The position numbers and the translations under genes were made by a program. The notes beneath the pieces are model-generated. The model made no database searches. It saw only the letters and a list, made by a program, of their open reading frames with translations, and was not told where the DNA came from. From Escherichia phage vB_EcoM_ESCO25, in sequence record OM386656.1: a stretch of 64,000 bases of DNA; one strand, written 5' to 3'. Shown here in pieces: positions 57,141 through 63,843 of this stretch. Numbering within the stretch: position 1 is the first letter of the stretch; every line of letters starts with the position of its first letter.

Positions 57141-57499
57141 TTGACGTTCAAATTATGCGCAACGAAAGAATGGACTTCTTTGAAGCAGTAGAGAAACATC
57201 TGATCAGATGGGACTATGAATTTGTTCCTGCTGGATGTGGACCAGTAGAGCATTTAGCGGAAGACGACGATGTATACATGATCATTCGTCAAGTGTACCA
57301 GACAGACCAGTGTGAAGAAACTCCCGAACTGATTTTGTTTGAGTGTAAAGATCTTGCAAAATATTTTGACTATGGCGGAAAAGAGGGTCATAATCTCTCC
57401 AGATACAATAAACGTCTACTTATCTTAGACTACATGCGGAACAACAAACACAAACTCATCGACGCAGACGCAGTTTATGGCTACTGGTGGATGGACTAA
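57134..57499 (+). CDS. hypothetical acidic protein
   Basis: 121-aa ORF, SD GAGGAGGA. Confidence 0.5.
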   Translation: MLVDVQIMRNERMDFFEAVEKHLIRWDYEFVPAGCGPVEHLAEDDDVYMIIRQVYQTDQCEETPELILFECKDLAKYFDYGGKEGHNLSRYNKRLLILDYMRNNKHKLIDADAVYGYWWMD

Positions 57500-57512
57500 C
57501 AAAGGAGAAACT

Positions 57513-57692
57513 ATGGCACGTTTAGCAGATCATGAAATCTTTAAACCTATTCTGAACCACTATGATGAACTTAAAGCAGTGTTGGATTGTTATAGAGAGG
57601 ATGAAGAACGTTTGGAAGTCAATCTTAAGATAGTTCTGATGAAAGCTTTTCAAGACGGGCAAGCTAAAGTTTTAGAAGGCATGAAAAAATGA
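57513..57692 (+). CDS. small hypothetical protein
   Basis: Start at ATG 57513 (SD AAGGAG); 59 aa. Confidence 0.45.
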   Translation: MARLADHEIFKPILNHYDELKAVLDCYREDEERLEVNLKIVLMKAFQDGQAKVLEGMKK

Positions 57693-58231
57693 GAATAACT
57701 GATGAATATGTATTCTTCTTTTCACATAAAGATGTGTTTAGTAATTGGTATATTGCACCCTTTACAGAAACTGAACCAGGTTACAATGAGACTTTCTGTT
57801 GTGTTGAGCAATATATGATGTGGCGTAAGGCTTTGCTGTTCAAGGATCATGCGATTGCAGCAGCTATCCTTGATCACTCAACTATACGTGACAACGAGAG
57901 GAAACAAGCATACTACAAACGTATGGGTCGAGCGGTATCTGGTTTTAATAATGATATGTGGGAAGAGAACCGTGAGCGTATTGTTATGCGAGGCTTATGC
58001 TTGAAATATGTACAGAATCCAGATTTGTATGCAGACTTACACCTTTACCAATACAAAACGTTTGTTGAAGCAAGTCCTTACGATAAGGTTTACGGTATTG
58101 GAATGGGAATGTATGAACCAGGGGTGCTAAACCCTGCTACCTGGAAAGGGCAGAATCTTTTAGGAAAATATCATAATAAACTGATCGAAATACTTTTCCC
58201 AGACAAAATACCGCAAAGACGATATTTGTGA
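57689..58231 (+). CDS. NADAR-domain (YbiA-like) protein
   Basis: 180-aa ORF; FFFSHKDVFSNWY, CVEQYMMWRKALLF and EASPYDKVYGIGMG match NADAR conserved blocks. Confidence 0.75.
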   Translation: MRITDEYVFFFSHKDVFSNWYIAPFTETEPGYNETFCCVEQYMMWRKALLFKDHAIAAAILDHSTIRDNERKQAYYKRMGRAVSGFNNDMWEENRERIVMRGLCLKYVQNPDLYADLHLYQYKTFVEASPYDKVYGIGMGMYEPGVLNPATWKGQNLLGKYHNKLIEILFPDKIPQRRYL

Positions 58232-58287
58232 TATTTTAACTTTTTTCATTTTTAGAACAAAGGTGTCACTTTGTAGCACAGAAATAA

Positions 58288-58322
58288 GGCTCCTACAGCA
58301 CCGTAGAGAGCCTGTTATTTTG
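58288..58322 (+). terminator. putative terminator after NADAR gene
   Basis: GGCTCCTAC-AGCACC-GTAGAGAGCC imperfect stem then TGTTATTTTG. Confidence 0.45.
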
Positions 58323-58456
58323 TCCTATACAAACCCTTGTCTTTTTCAGTTTGCATCACTAGGATTCGATCTGAGTGGGTTCCTGAAGGTTTACCAATAA
58401 GATTAAAGGTTATATCAAATTCCCACTATCTTTTATCTCAAAAATCCCTCAAATTA

Positions 58457-58521
58457 TTTAAACTTTTTAAGAATTTACAAAAGTGAAAGTTGAAAACCAA
58501 AATTTAAAGTTTAGGAAAATT
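58457..58521. repeat. AT-rich direct repeat, copy 1 (65 bp)
   Basis: About 85 percent identical by manual alignment to copy at 58595..58659; shared core TTTACAAAA.TGAAAGT..AAAA.CAAAATTTAAAGTTTA. Confidence 0.7.
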
Positions 58522-58594
58522 ATCTTAAAATATTAGATACAAAACAAAACTCAAAAGTCAAGGAAAATTTTAAAAATTTTGCGCGCCCACAGTA

Positions 58595-58659
58595 TTTAAA
58601 GTTTTTTTGCTTTTACAAAAATGAAAGTACAAAAGCAAAATTTAAAGTTTACAAAAATT
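58595..58659. repeat. AT-rich direct repeat, copy 2 (65 bp)
   Basis: Second copy; 10 mismatches in 65 positions versus copy 1. Confidence 0.7.
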
Positions 58660-58671
58660 TTTATGCAGGTG

Positions 58672-58790
58672 AAAATGAGAAGAGTTCTCATATGGAAATG
58701 CAAATGATAATGATTCGCATTTAAGTTTATAAATGAGATTGATTCTTATTTAATAAGGTAAATGACAATCATTCTCATTTAGAGAATGAC
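58672..58790. repeat. cluster of AAATGA / TCATTT dyad elements (iteron/operator-like)
   Basis: ATGAGAA-GAG-TTCTCAT perfect palindrome (58675-58691); AAATGC..GCATTT (58696-58722); AAATGAGA..TCTCATTT and TAAATGA..TCATTTA further right. Confidence 0.6.
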
Positions 58791-59009
58791 GCGCAGGGGC
58801 GGTGTTTGTCTCGCGCTCCCGTGTCCCCTCGCCATGTAATAAGAATAACAGATCCAGCCAGGAAAGCAAGCGATTATTTTATCTTTACATTTCTTTACAA
58901 ATATATAGCACCCAGCCTACCGGCGATCAACCTTCCAACCAGTGCCCCCTGGTATGTTAGCCCCGCCTTTACGCCGTGGGGTGGCGCTTCCTCTTCTGTA
59001 TGTAAAACA

Positions 59010-59036
59010 GTATAAGCCCGATCCCTGGGCTTGTCA
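59010..59036 (-). terminator. hairpin downstream of - strand gene 59040..59306
   Basis: AAGCCC-(7 nt)-GGGCTT inverted repeat; T-rich flank on both strands. Confidence 0.4.
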
Positions 59037-59039
59037 AGA

Positions 59040-59306
59040 TTATTTTTTGTTTTCTTGCCAGGATAGGACACCTAACCAAAAATACATATCGCCCCGCGCC
59101 CCTGGTGGTATCTTGCTTTCCCCGCCGCCACTGCAAGCCCATAGATAACCATTTGCGAACGTATCAAAATGATCTATCTCTTCCACCTTATGATCGCCCA
59201 GGTTGAGAACGGTTTCAACCTTTAAGCCCGTTGCGCTTGCTACCTGGTGCACCGTGCCGCCTTGCCAGCCCAATGAGTGCATAAGGTGTAATGTAGTATT
59301 TGTCAT
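59040..59306 (-). CDS. hypothetical protein in GC-richer right segment
   Basis: 88-aa ORF with GC-rich codon choice; own promoter plus 5' hairpin; SD AAGGG. Confidence 0.5.
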   Translation of the reverse strand: MTNTTLHLMHSLGWQGGTVHQVASATGLKVETVLNLGDHKVEEIDHFDTFANGYLWACSGGGESKIPPGARGDMYFWLGVLSWQENKK

Positions 59307-59328
59307 GATATCGCCCTTTCTTTGTTGT

Positions 59329-59382
59329 GCGCCCTGGTTGGCGCGGTAGAAAGATAATAGCCCTTTTCTTTATATATAGCAA
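59329..59382 (-). promoter_or_regulatory. promoter plus 5' stem-loop for - strand gene 59040..59306
   Basis: On - strand TTGCTA, 17-nt spacer, TATTAT, about 9 nt, then GCGCC-AACCAG-GGCGC hairpin, then SD. Confidence 0.5.
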
Positions 59383-59414
59383 GCAAAAAGAAAATAAAAA
59401 AGATTGAAAAATGG

Positions 59415-59473
59415 TTGACGTTAACCAGGCGGCGGCGTAGTATTCATCTTGTAGGGCGGCAATGGTGCCGCTC
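59415..59473 (+). promoter_or_regulatory. promoter-hairpin unit 1 (hairpin type A)
   Basis: TTGACG 59415-59420, 17-nt spacer, TAGTAT 59438-59443, 10 nt, GGGCGGC-AATGGT-GCCGCTC 59454-59473. Confidence 0.6.
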
Positions 59474-59492
59474 ACTATTTGGAGTTAAGATC

Positions 59493-59690
59493 ATGGCAAC
59501 ATTGCACATTGTGGCGAAAGCTGGACAAATCAACGTAGTGGTAAACGGTTTTACTGAGTTCAGTCACCCCCAGGATGATCATGAAACGGTTTTATCTTTC
59601 ATTGATTCCCTGTTAGAAATGGGAGTCATTACAGAAGACCAGCACGCTACAAAATGCAAGCGCGTTAATCAAATCGCAGGAATAGAATAA
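59493..59690 (+). CDS. small early-region protein
   Basis: ATG 59493 after promoter-hairpin unit and SD GGAG; upstream extension of track ORF lacks SD. Confidence 0.5.
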   Translation: MATLHIVAKAGQINVVVNGFTEFSHPQDDHETVLSFIDSLLEMGVITEDQHATKCKRVNQIAGIE

Positions 59691-59697
59691 AAACTAT

Positions 59698-59756
59698 TGA
59701 CAACAAACAACAACCTGATAAGATGTATCACATAGGGCGGGAAGTGGTTTCCCGCT
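59698..59756 (+). promoter_or_regulatory. promoter-hairpin unit 2 (hairpin type B)
   Basis: TTGACA 59698-59703, 16-nt spacer, TAAGAT 59720-59725, linker GTATCACATAGG, GCGGGAA-GTGGT-TTCCCGC 59738-59756. Confidence 0.6.
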
Positions 59757-59780
59757 CGTAACAGAAGAGAGATTATCATC

Positions 59781-60053
59781 ATGGCATCATATAGCGCAAC
59801 AATGATCGTAGCTGGCACAACTGGTAAACCTATGAGCGGTGGCGGATCTTTCGCTAATATCAATATTGACGGGCGTTTATCCCTGGACGCAGCGATCGCT
59901 ATTGCACGGGAAACATTTAAGAAAGAATGTAATTTCAACAAGCAAGATTATCTCGGTTTCGCTATTGAAAAAACCGCGCGCTTTGTTGATTATAAAAGCC
60001 CGAAAATGGTTGATACTACACTAAAAGCGCAAGATGTAGCGTTTTTGCTTTAA
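59781..60053 (+). CDS. small early-region protein
   Basis: 90-aa ORF after promoter-hairpin unit, SD AGAAGAGAG. Confidence 0.5.
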   Translation: MASYSATMIVAGTTGKPMSGGGSFANINIDGRLSLDAAIAIARETFKKECNFNKQDYLGFAIEKTARFVDYKSPKMVDTTLKAQDVAFLL

Positions 60054-60056
60054 GGC

Positions 60057-60111
60057 TTGACATTAACGAATAATTTGTTAATATGTTACATAAAGCGGGA
60101 ATAGTTCCCGC
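60057..60111 (+). promoter_or_regulatory. promoter-hairpin unit 3 (hairpin type B)
   Basis: TTGACA 60057-60062, 16-nt spacer, TAATAT 60079-60084, then GCGGGAA-TAG-TTCCCGC 60095-60111. Confidence 0.6.
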
Positions 60112-60129
60112 TATTTGTAAGGTGGTAGA

Positions 60130-60387
60130 ATGTTTTACATCAAATTAAAAGGTCACGTGATCGCGTTCAAAGATAACGCTTTTTACAGATTAGCAAAATA
60201 TGCGTTAATACATCCCCACTATGTTTATATAAGGAGGCGTGATGAAATAAATATCTTTGATCAAACAACATGCGAGAACATCGAGATCCGCAAGGTTGGC
60301 GTACGTGATTATCGTACATCTTTCTACCCTTGCAAGGATTCAGCAAGTCTTTTTAAAGTATGCCAATTGTTGAAAAAAGGTGGTTAA
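60130..60387 (+). CDS. small early-region protein
   Basis: 85-aa ORF after promoter-hairpin unit, SD AAGGTGG. Confidence 0.5.
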   Translation: MFYIKLKGHVIAFKDNAFYRLAKYALIHPHYVYIRRRDEINIFDQTTCENIEIRKVGVRDYRTSFYPCKDSASLFKVCQLLKKGG

Positions 60388-60388
60388 T

Positions 60389-60946
60389 ATGGGCCGCGAA
60401 TATGTGATCCAGTCTTGGGTAAAACATGAAGCAGATGATCCGCGCATCATTCCCGATCATCTTATCGATGAATCCACGGGATATAGCGGTGAGCAAATAG
60501 GTAACAGATTAGCACGTAGTAACGGCAACGTAAAAGCGCGTTATGTGCGCCCTGGTTGGCTGGCAAATGGTAACGCTGATTTATCCAGTGCGGAAGATGC
60601 GAGCGACGGCGCGAAAGATAATCCTTTGTACAAAGTTGATCCGGCTTTTCGTGTCCTGGATGAATACCCCAGCAAGATAGCGGCGCTCGATCAGGCCCTG
60701 GAAAGTAAGCGCATCACCTGGACCGCTTACAACATGGCAAAAAACGTACTTGATGGTAAATTGATTCAAGCTGAAAGAAAATTAGCCAAAATTGCAGCCA
60801 TAGCCCAGGAGGAAGACGAGGAGACAACGGAAGAGGAAGAGTACGAAGAGATCCCGCCGTTGTTGTGTGTTGATGCTTTTCCTGATTATCAGCCGACAGA
60901 GGAAGAAAAAAGGATCGCACTAGAAAACTTTGAAAATAGTCTTTGA
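60389..60946 (+). CDS. hypothetical protein with highly acidic C-terminal region
   Basis: ATG 60389; C-terminal EEDEETTEEEEYEEIPP tract. Confidence 0.5.
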   Translation: MGREYVIQSWVKHEADDPRIIPDHLIDESTGYSGEQIGNRLARSNGNVKARYVRPGWLANGNADLSSAEDASDGAKDNPLYKVDPAFRVLDEYPSKIAALDQALESKRITWTAYNMAKNVLDGKLIQAERKLAKIAAIAQEEDEETTEEEEYEEIPPLLCVDAFPDYQPTEEEKRIALENFENSL

Positions 60947-61001
60947 CATATCGCCGCCACTGGCATAATATTTACCACGTAGGGCGGCAATGGTGCCGCT
61001 C
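60943..61001 (+). promoter_or_regulatory. promoter-hairpin unit 4 (hairpin type A)
   Basis: TTGACA 60943-60948, 17-nt spacer, TAATAT 60966-60971, 10 nt, GGGCGGC-AATGGT-GCCGCTC 60982-61001. Confidence 0.6.
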
Positions 61002-61028
61002 ATAGTGAAATTATGCAAGAGGCTTACA

Positions 61029-61124
61029 ATGATTAATAAAGAAAATAGCTTGACGGTTGGAACGATTAACGCTATCATTCTAGCCGTTCCATTTTGGATT
61101 GTAGTAGCGGCTATTATTTTCTAA
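61029..61124 (+). CDS. hydrophobic micro-protein (31 aa)
   Basis: Promoter-hairpin unit then SD AAGAGG then ATG; single TM-like segment; below track cutoff. Confidence 0.4.
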   Translation: MINKENSLTVGTINAIILAVPFWIVVAAIIF

Positions 61125-61132
61125 AAATATTC

Positions 61133-61193
61133 TTGACAACGTTTTTTAATCTGATAAGATGTATCACATAGGGCGGCGGAATACTTCCCCGCC
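61133..61193 (+). promoter_or_regulatory. promoter-hairpin unit 5 (hairpin type C, bulged)
   Basis: TTGACA 61133-61138, 16-nt spacer, TAAGAT 61155-61160, linker GTATCACATA, GGCGGCGGAA-TAC-TTCCCCGCC 61172-61193. Confidence 0.6.
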
Positions 61194-61214
61194 AAAACAA
61201 AAAAGGGTAACACA

Positions 61215-61577
61215 ATGAGCAAGCAAATCAATACTATCATGTTAAACCTGGTATCCTTCCGCGATGATATGAAAAATTTACCACGTGAAACGGTTGATAT
61301 TCATGTTTCAGCTTATCGCGCCCTTATTGACATGTTACCGCTAAAACGTGATCAACATGCCGCTAACATGATGCTTAATGCTATGCTTAAAAAGATGATT
61401 CAAACGGATCTCATCCTGGCGTATGAGTATCAAGGGCGCTTATATGCTACTTACAACAAGGCGGTACCTGGTCTGGGAAGTACCGAAGAGTTGCACGGCT
61501 TAAACCTGGATCAGAACACTTGGGATAGTATGCGCCGCGTTATGGTATGGGCCGAAAGCGGTAAAATTTACGAATAA
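61215..61577 (+). CDS. small early-region protein
   Basis: 120-aa ORF after promoter-hairpin unit, SD AAAGGG. Confidence 0.5.
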   Translation: MSKQINTIMLNLVSFRDDMKNLPRETVDIHVSAYRALIDMLPLKRDQHAANMMLNAMLKKMIQTDLILAYEYQGRLYATYNKAVPGLGSTEELHGLNLDQNTWDSMRRVMVWAESGKIYE

Positions 61578-61582
61578 AACGG

Positions 61583-61639
61583 TTGACACTGTTTAAAATT
61601 CTGGTATAGTTTATCACGTAGGGCGGCAATGGTGCCGCC
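61583..61639 (+). promoter_or_regulatory. promoter-hairpin unit 6 (hairpin type A)
   Basis: TTGACA 61583-61588, 16-nt spacer, TATAGT 61605-61610, 10 nt, GGGCGGC-AATGGT-GCCGCC 61621-61639. Confidence 0.6.
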
Positions 61640-61659
61640 AACAATAAAAGGTTAACATC

Positions 61660-61839
61660 ATGACTATCATTGCAAAAACTGAGATTATAGGTTTAGATTC
61701 GATCCTCCTGGCTTATGAGGAAACTTTAAAAATGTATGTAGTGACCTATGGTGATTATGTGCGTGAATACGAATACATTGATCTTGCTTTCGAATGTTAC
61801 ATTCGCCAGGTCAATAAAGCCTATAACGATTATCGTTAA
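61660..61839 (+). CDS. small early-region protein (59 aa)
   Basis: Promoter-hairpin unit then SD AAAAGG then ATG; below track cutoff. Confidence 0.45.
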   Translation: MTIIAKTEIIGLDSILLAYEETLKMYVVTYGDYVREYEYIDLAFECYIRQVNKAYNDYR

Positions 61840-61858
61840 AAGTTTTAGTCTTATACTA

Positions 61859-61910
61859 TTGACAATGAGTGATAGTATAAGCATAATAACTTTTATCGGG
61901 AATACTTCCC
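61859..61910 (+). promoter_or_regulatory. promoter-hairpin unit 7 (degenerate hairpin)
   Basis: TTGACA 61859-61864, 17-nt spacer, CATAAT 61882-61887, then weak GGGAA-TAC-TTCCC 61898-61910. Confidence 0.5.
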
Positions 61911-61936
61911 ACTAACCAAAAAAAGAGAGTAATATC

Positions 61937-62302
61937 ATGGCTATTAATATCAATGTTTCCTCTTATGCTACCCTGGCTGACACGGCTAAAATTGAATTAT
62001 CCAGCATTGAGGCGGTGCATATTAGCGCCCGTCGTTGGTTTCAACAGTCCTACGGTAACACATATTTTTCTTTAATGGTTGACGTTGAGATCGGCGGTAA
62101 ACTGATCGAGGTGGTTAACGTTCCGTTTCAATATGGTTATGGTGATCATTTTGATACCGTCGCCCTGGAAGAATTTAGCAAGGTTATTAATATGGAAGGT
62201 AAAGAGTTTTCACGCGGCGCGTATCTTTCCCGTTTTTGCCGTGACAATGGGATCACTGTATACAGTCATGCAAGCGATGTTAAACGTAAAAAAGATTTAT
62301 AA
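61937..62302 (+). CDS. small early-region protein
   Basis: 121-aa ORF after promoter-hairpin unit, SD AAGAGAG. Confidence 0.5.
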   Translation: MAININVSSYATLADTAKIELSSIEAVHISARRWFQQSYGNTYFSLMVDVEIGGKLIEVVNVPFQYGYGDHFDTVALEEFSKVINMEGKEFSRGAYLSRFCRDNGITVYSHASDVKRKKDL

Positions 62303-62308
62303 AAAGCA

Positions 62309-62371
62309 TTGACAGCACGAATAAAAAGAGTAAACTGTATTACATCAAGGCGGCGGAATGGTCCACCGCCT
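62309..62371 (+). promoter_or_regulatory. promoter-hairpin unit 8 (hairpin type C)
   Basis: TTGACA 62309-62314, 16-nt spacer, TAAACT 62331-62336, linker GTATTACATCA, AGGCGGCGG-AATGGT-CCACCGCCT 62348-62371. Confidence 0.6.
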
Positions 62372-62394
62372 AACAAAGAGAAGAGGAAAACATC

Positions 62395-62562
62395 ATGATC
62401 ACTTTCGCTACCCGTGAAGCCGCTCGCAACGTTGCCCGTAAAGTTAACGCCGCCAACCTGGGCGCTACGCTTAAAGCCCCTGTAAAAGATGAATCAGGAA
62501 AATGGATCTTCCCTGGTCTGCGTCATGCTGACAAGTTAGGTACTTTAAGCCTTAAAAAATAA
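62395..62562 (+). CDS. small basic early-region protein (55 aa)
   Basis: Promoter-hairpin unit then SD GAGAAGAGGAAAA then ATG; shares first 21 nt with 62637 ORF. Confidence 0.45.
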   Translation: MITFATREAARNVARKVNAANLGATLKAPVKDESGKWIFPGLRHADKLGTLSLKK

Positions 62563-62565
62563 TCG

Positions 62566-62603
62566 TTGACTTTTCGTTATAGCGCCTTATAATGGGCGCT
62601 ATA
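62566..62603 (+). promoter_or_regulatory. promoter unit 9 with inverted repeat enclosing the -10 box
   Basis: TTGACT 62566-62571, 16-nt spacer, consensus TATAAT 62588-62593; 9-bp arms TATAGCGCC (62578-62586) and GGCGCTATA (62595-62603) flank the -10. Confidence 0.6.
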
Positions 62604-62636
62604 GAGAAGAGAAACCACTACTAACAAGGAAACATC

Positions 62637-62858
62637 ATGATCACTTTCGCTATTGTCGCCGTTGTCGCTGGTCAGGTTTACATAAACGATACATTCACCA
62701 CAGAAGACAAGGCCGCAGGAGACATAACCGCCGTTTACAATGAGTGCAAGGCAGTAGAAAGGATGTTAGCGCCTTGTATGCTAATGAGTGAACGCCAGGA
62801 CGGGATAACAGTATTTACTAACATTGAAACAGGGTACCAAATGGTAGTAACAAAATAA
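62637..62858 (+). CDS. small early-region protein with hydrophobic N-terminus
   Basis: 73-aa ORF after promoter with palindrome around -10. Confidence 0.5.
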   Translation: MITFAIVAVVAGQVYINDTFTTEDKAAGDITAVYNECKAVERMLAPCMLMSERQDGITVFTNIETGYQMVVTK

Positions 62859-62861
62859 AGC

Positions 62862-62918
62862 TTGACACGGATTTAATTTTTAGTAAACTGTTACACGTAG
62901 GGCGGGAATAGTTCCCGC
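62862..62918 (+). promoter_or_regulatory. promoter-hairpin unit 10 (hairpin type B)
   Basis: TTGACA 62862-62867, 16-nt spacer, TAAACT 62884-62889, linker GTTACACGTAGG, GCGGGAA-TAG-TTCCCGC 62902-62918. Confidence 0.6.
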
Positions 62919-62937
62919 TCAAAAAGAGAGAAAGACC

Positions 62938-63291
62938 ATGAAAGCACAAAATGCAATTAAAGAGTACATCCTTGCCGCTATCGATTTTAATGATTACGGT
63001 ATTACAACCGAAAAAGAGAAGATCGCGGAATTGATGCGCCGTTTTAATTCCGAGTACTGGTACCCTGATAACCAATCACGTTTTAATTATAGTATTGTTA
63101 AAGCACTTGCATCATGGTTACAAGGCTTGCCATCAGATATCAATATCGCTTTCGAATATTGGGAAATTGATCGCCTGTTAACATCCTGGGGATACATTAA
63201 AGAGAATAGCAGCGATGATAAAATCCAACGAGAAAGGGAAAATTATTGGCTTTATATTGCAGGCGTGATCCTTGCTTGCTCTTATGAATGA
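62938..63291 (+). CDS. small early-region protein
   Basis: 117-aa ORF after promoter-hairpin unit, SD AGAGAGAAAGA. Confidence 0.5.
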   Translation: MKAQNAIKEYILAAIDFNDYGITTEKEKIAELMRRFNSEYWYPDNQSRFNYSIVKALASWLQGLPSDINIAFEYWEIDRLLTSWGYIKENSSDDKIQRERENYWLYIAGVILACSYE

Positions 63292-63297
63292 TAAACC

Positions 63298-63351
63298 TTG
63301 ACAATTTTACAAAACAGTTTAAATTAACAATATAGCGGCAATGGTGCCGCT
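63298..63351 (+). promoter_or_regulatory. promoter-hairpin unit 11 (hairpin type A variant)
   Basis: TTGACA 63298-63303, about 16-nt spacer, TAAATT-like -10, then AGCGGC-AATGGT-GCCGCT 63334-63351. Confidence 0.55.
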
Positions 63352-63370
63352 CATATGAAGAGGAAACAAA

Positions 63371-63517
63371 ATGAATACATCTAATCGCGCAGAAAAAATT
63401 CAATCTTCCAAGATCCGCAAGGCCTGGAACGAGGAAGTGATCCGCAAAGGCGACAAGCGCAATAAAACAAAGCGTGGGAAGAGTGACAAATATAATTGGA
63501 TGGATTTAGAGGATTAA
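63371..63517 (+). CDS. highly basic micro-protein (48 aa)
   Basis: Promoter-hairpin unit then SD AAGAGGAAA then ATG; Lys/Arg-rich; terminator directly downstream. Confidence 0.45.
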   Translation: MNTSNRAEKIQSSKIRKAWNEEVIRKGDKRNKTKRGKSDKYNWMDLED

Positions 63518-63525
63518 CATAACAA

Positions 63526-63552
63526 GGGGCGCACCAAGCGCCCTTTCTTTTT
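63526..63552 (+). terminator. rho-independent terminator after 48-aa basic ORF
   Basis: GGGGCGC-ACCAA-GCGCCC then TTTCTTTTT. Confidence 0.7.
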
Positions 63553-63573
63553 ACATGTAGAGGATAAACAAAG

Positions 63574-63759
63574 ATGACTTTAAGCGAGCTTAAAACAGCC
63601 TACAACGCAACGTTAAAAATAGCCGTGCGTTACCGTGACGAATACGGTTTTATTGCGCAGGGCGTGATCCTGGGCTTTTCTGACGATGGTTTGATCTATG
63701 TTGATGCACATCACAATAAGGTTAAACCTGAAAACGTCATTAGCATAAAATATCTTTAA
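63574..63759 (+). CDS. small early-region protein
   Basis: 61-aa ORF, SD GAGGAT. Confidence 0.45.
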   Translation: MTLSELKTAYNATLKIAVRYRDEYGFIAQGVILGFSDDGLIYVDAHHNKVKPENVISIKYL

Positions 63760-63765
63760 AAGTGG

Positions 63766-63824
63766 TTGACACCATAACCGGACCTGTTAAACTGTATTAC
63801 ATCAGGCGGGGAATAGTTCCCACC
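63766..63824 (+). promoter_or_regulatory. promoter-hairpin unit 12 (hairpin type B variant)
   Basis: TTGACA 63766-63771, 16-nt spacer, TAAACT 63788-63793, linker GTATTACATCA, GGCGGGGAA-TAG-TTCCCACC 63805-63824. Confidence 0.55.
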
Positions 63825-63843
63825 ATACAAAAAGGTAAATATT

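Noticed and set aside
58232-59040. tRNA or other structured RNA gene in the non-coding stretches
   Set aside because: Looked for T-loop GTTCRANYC and cloverleaf arm spacing here and at 50082..50211; none found by eye. A tRNA-scan was not run, so this is not definitive
59415-59492. Upstream extension of the first early ORF (track start 59415)
   Set aside because: The extension would begin inside the promoter itself; ATG 59493 sits after promoter, hairpin and SD GGAG
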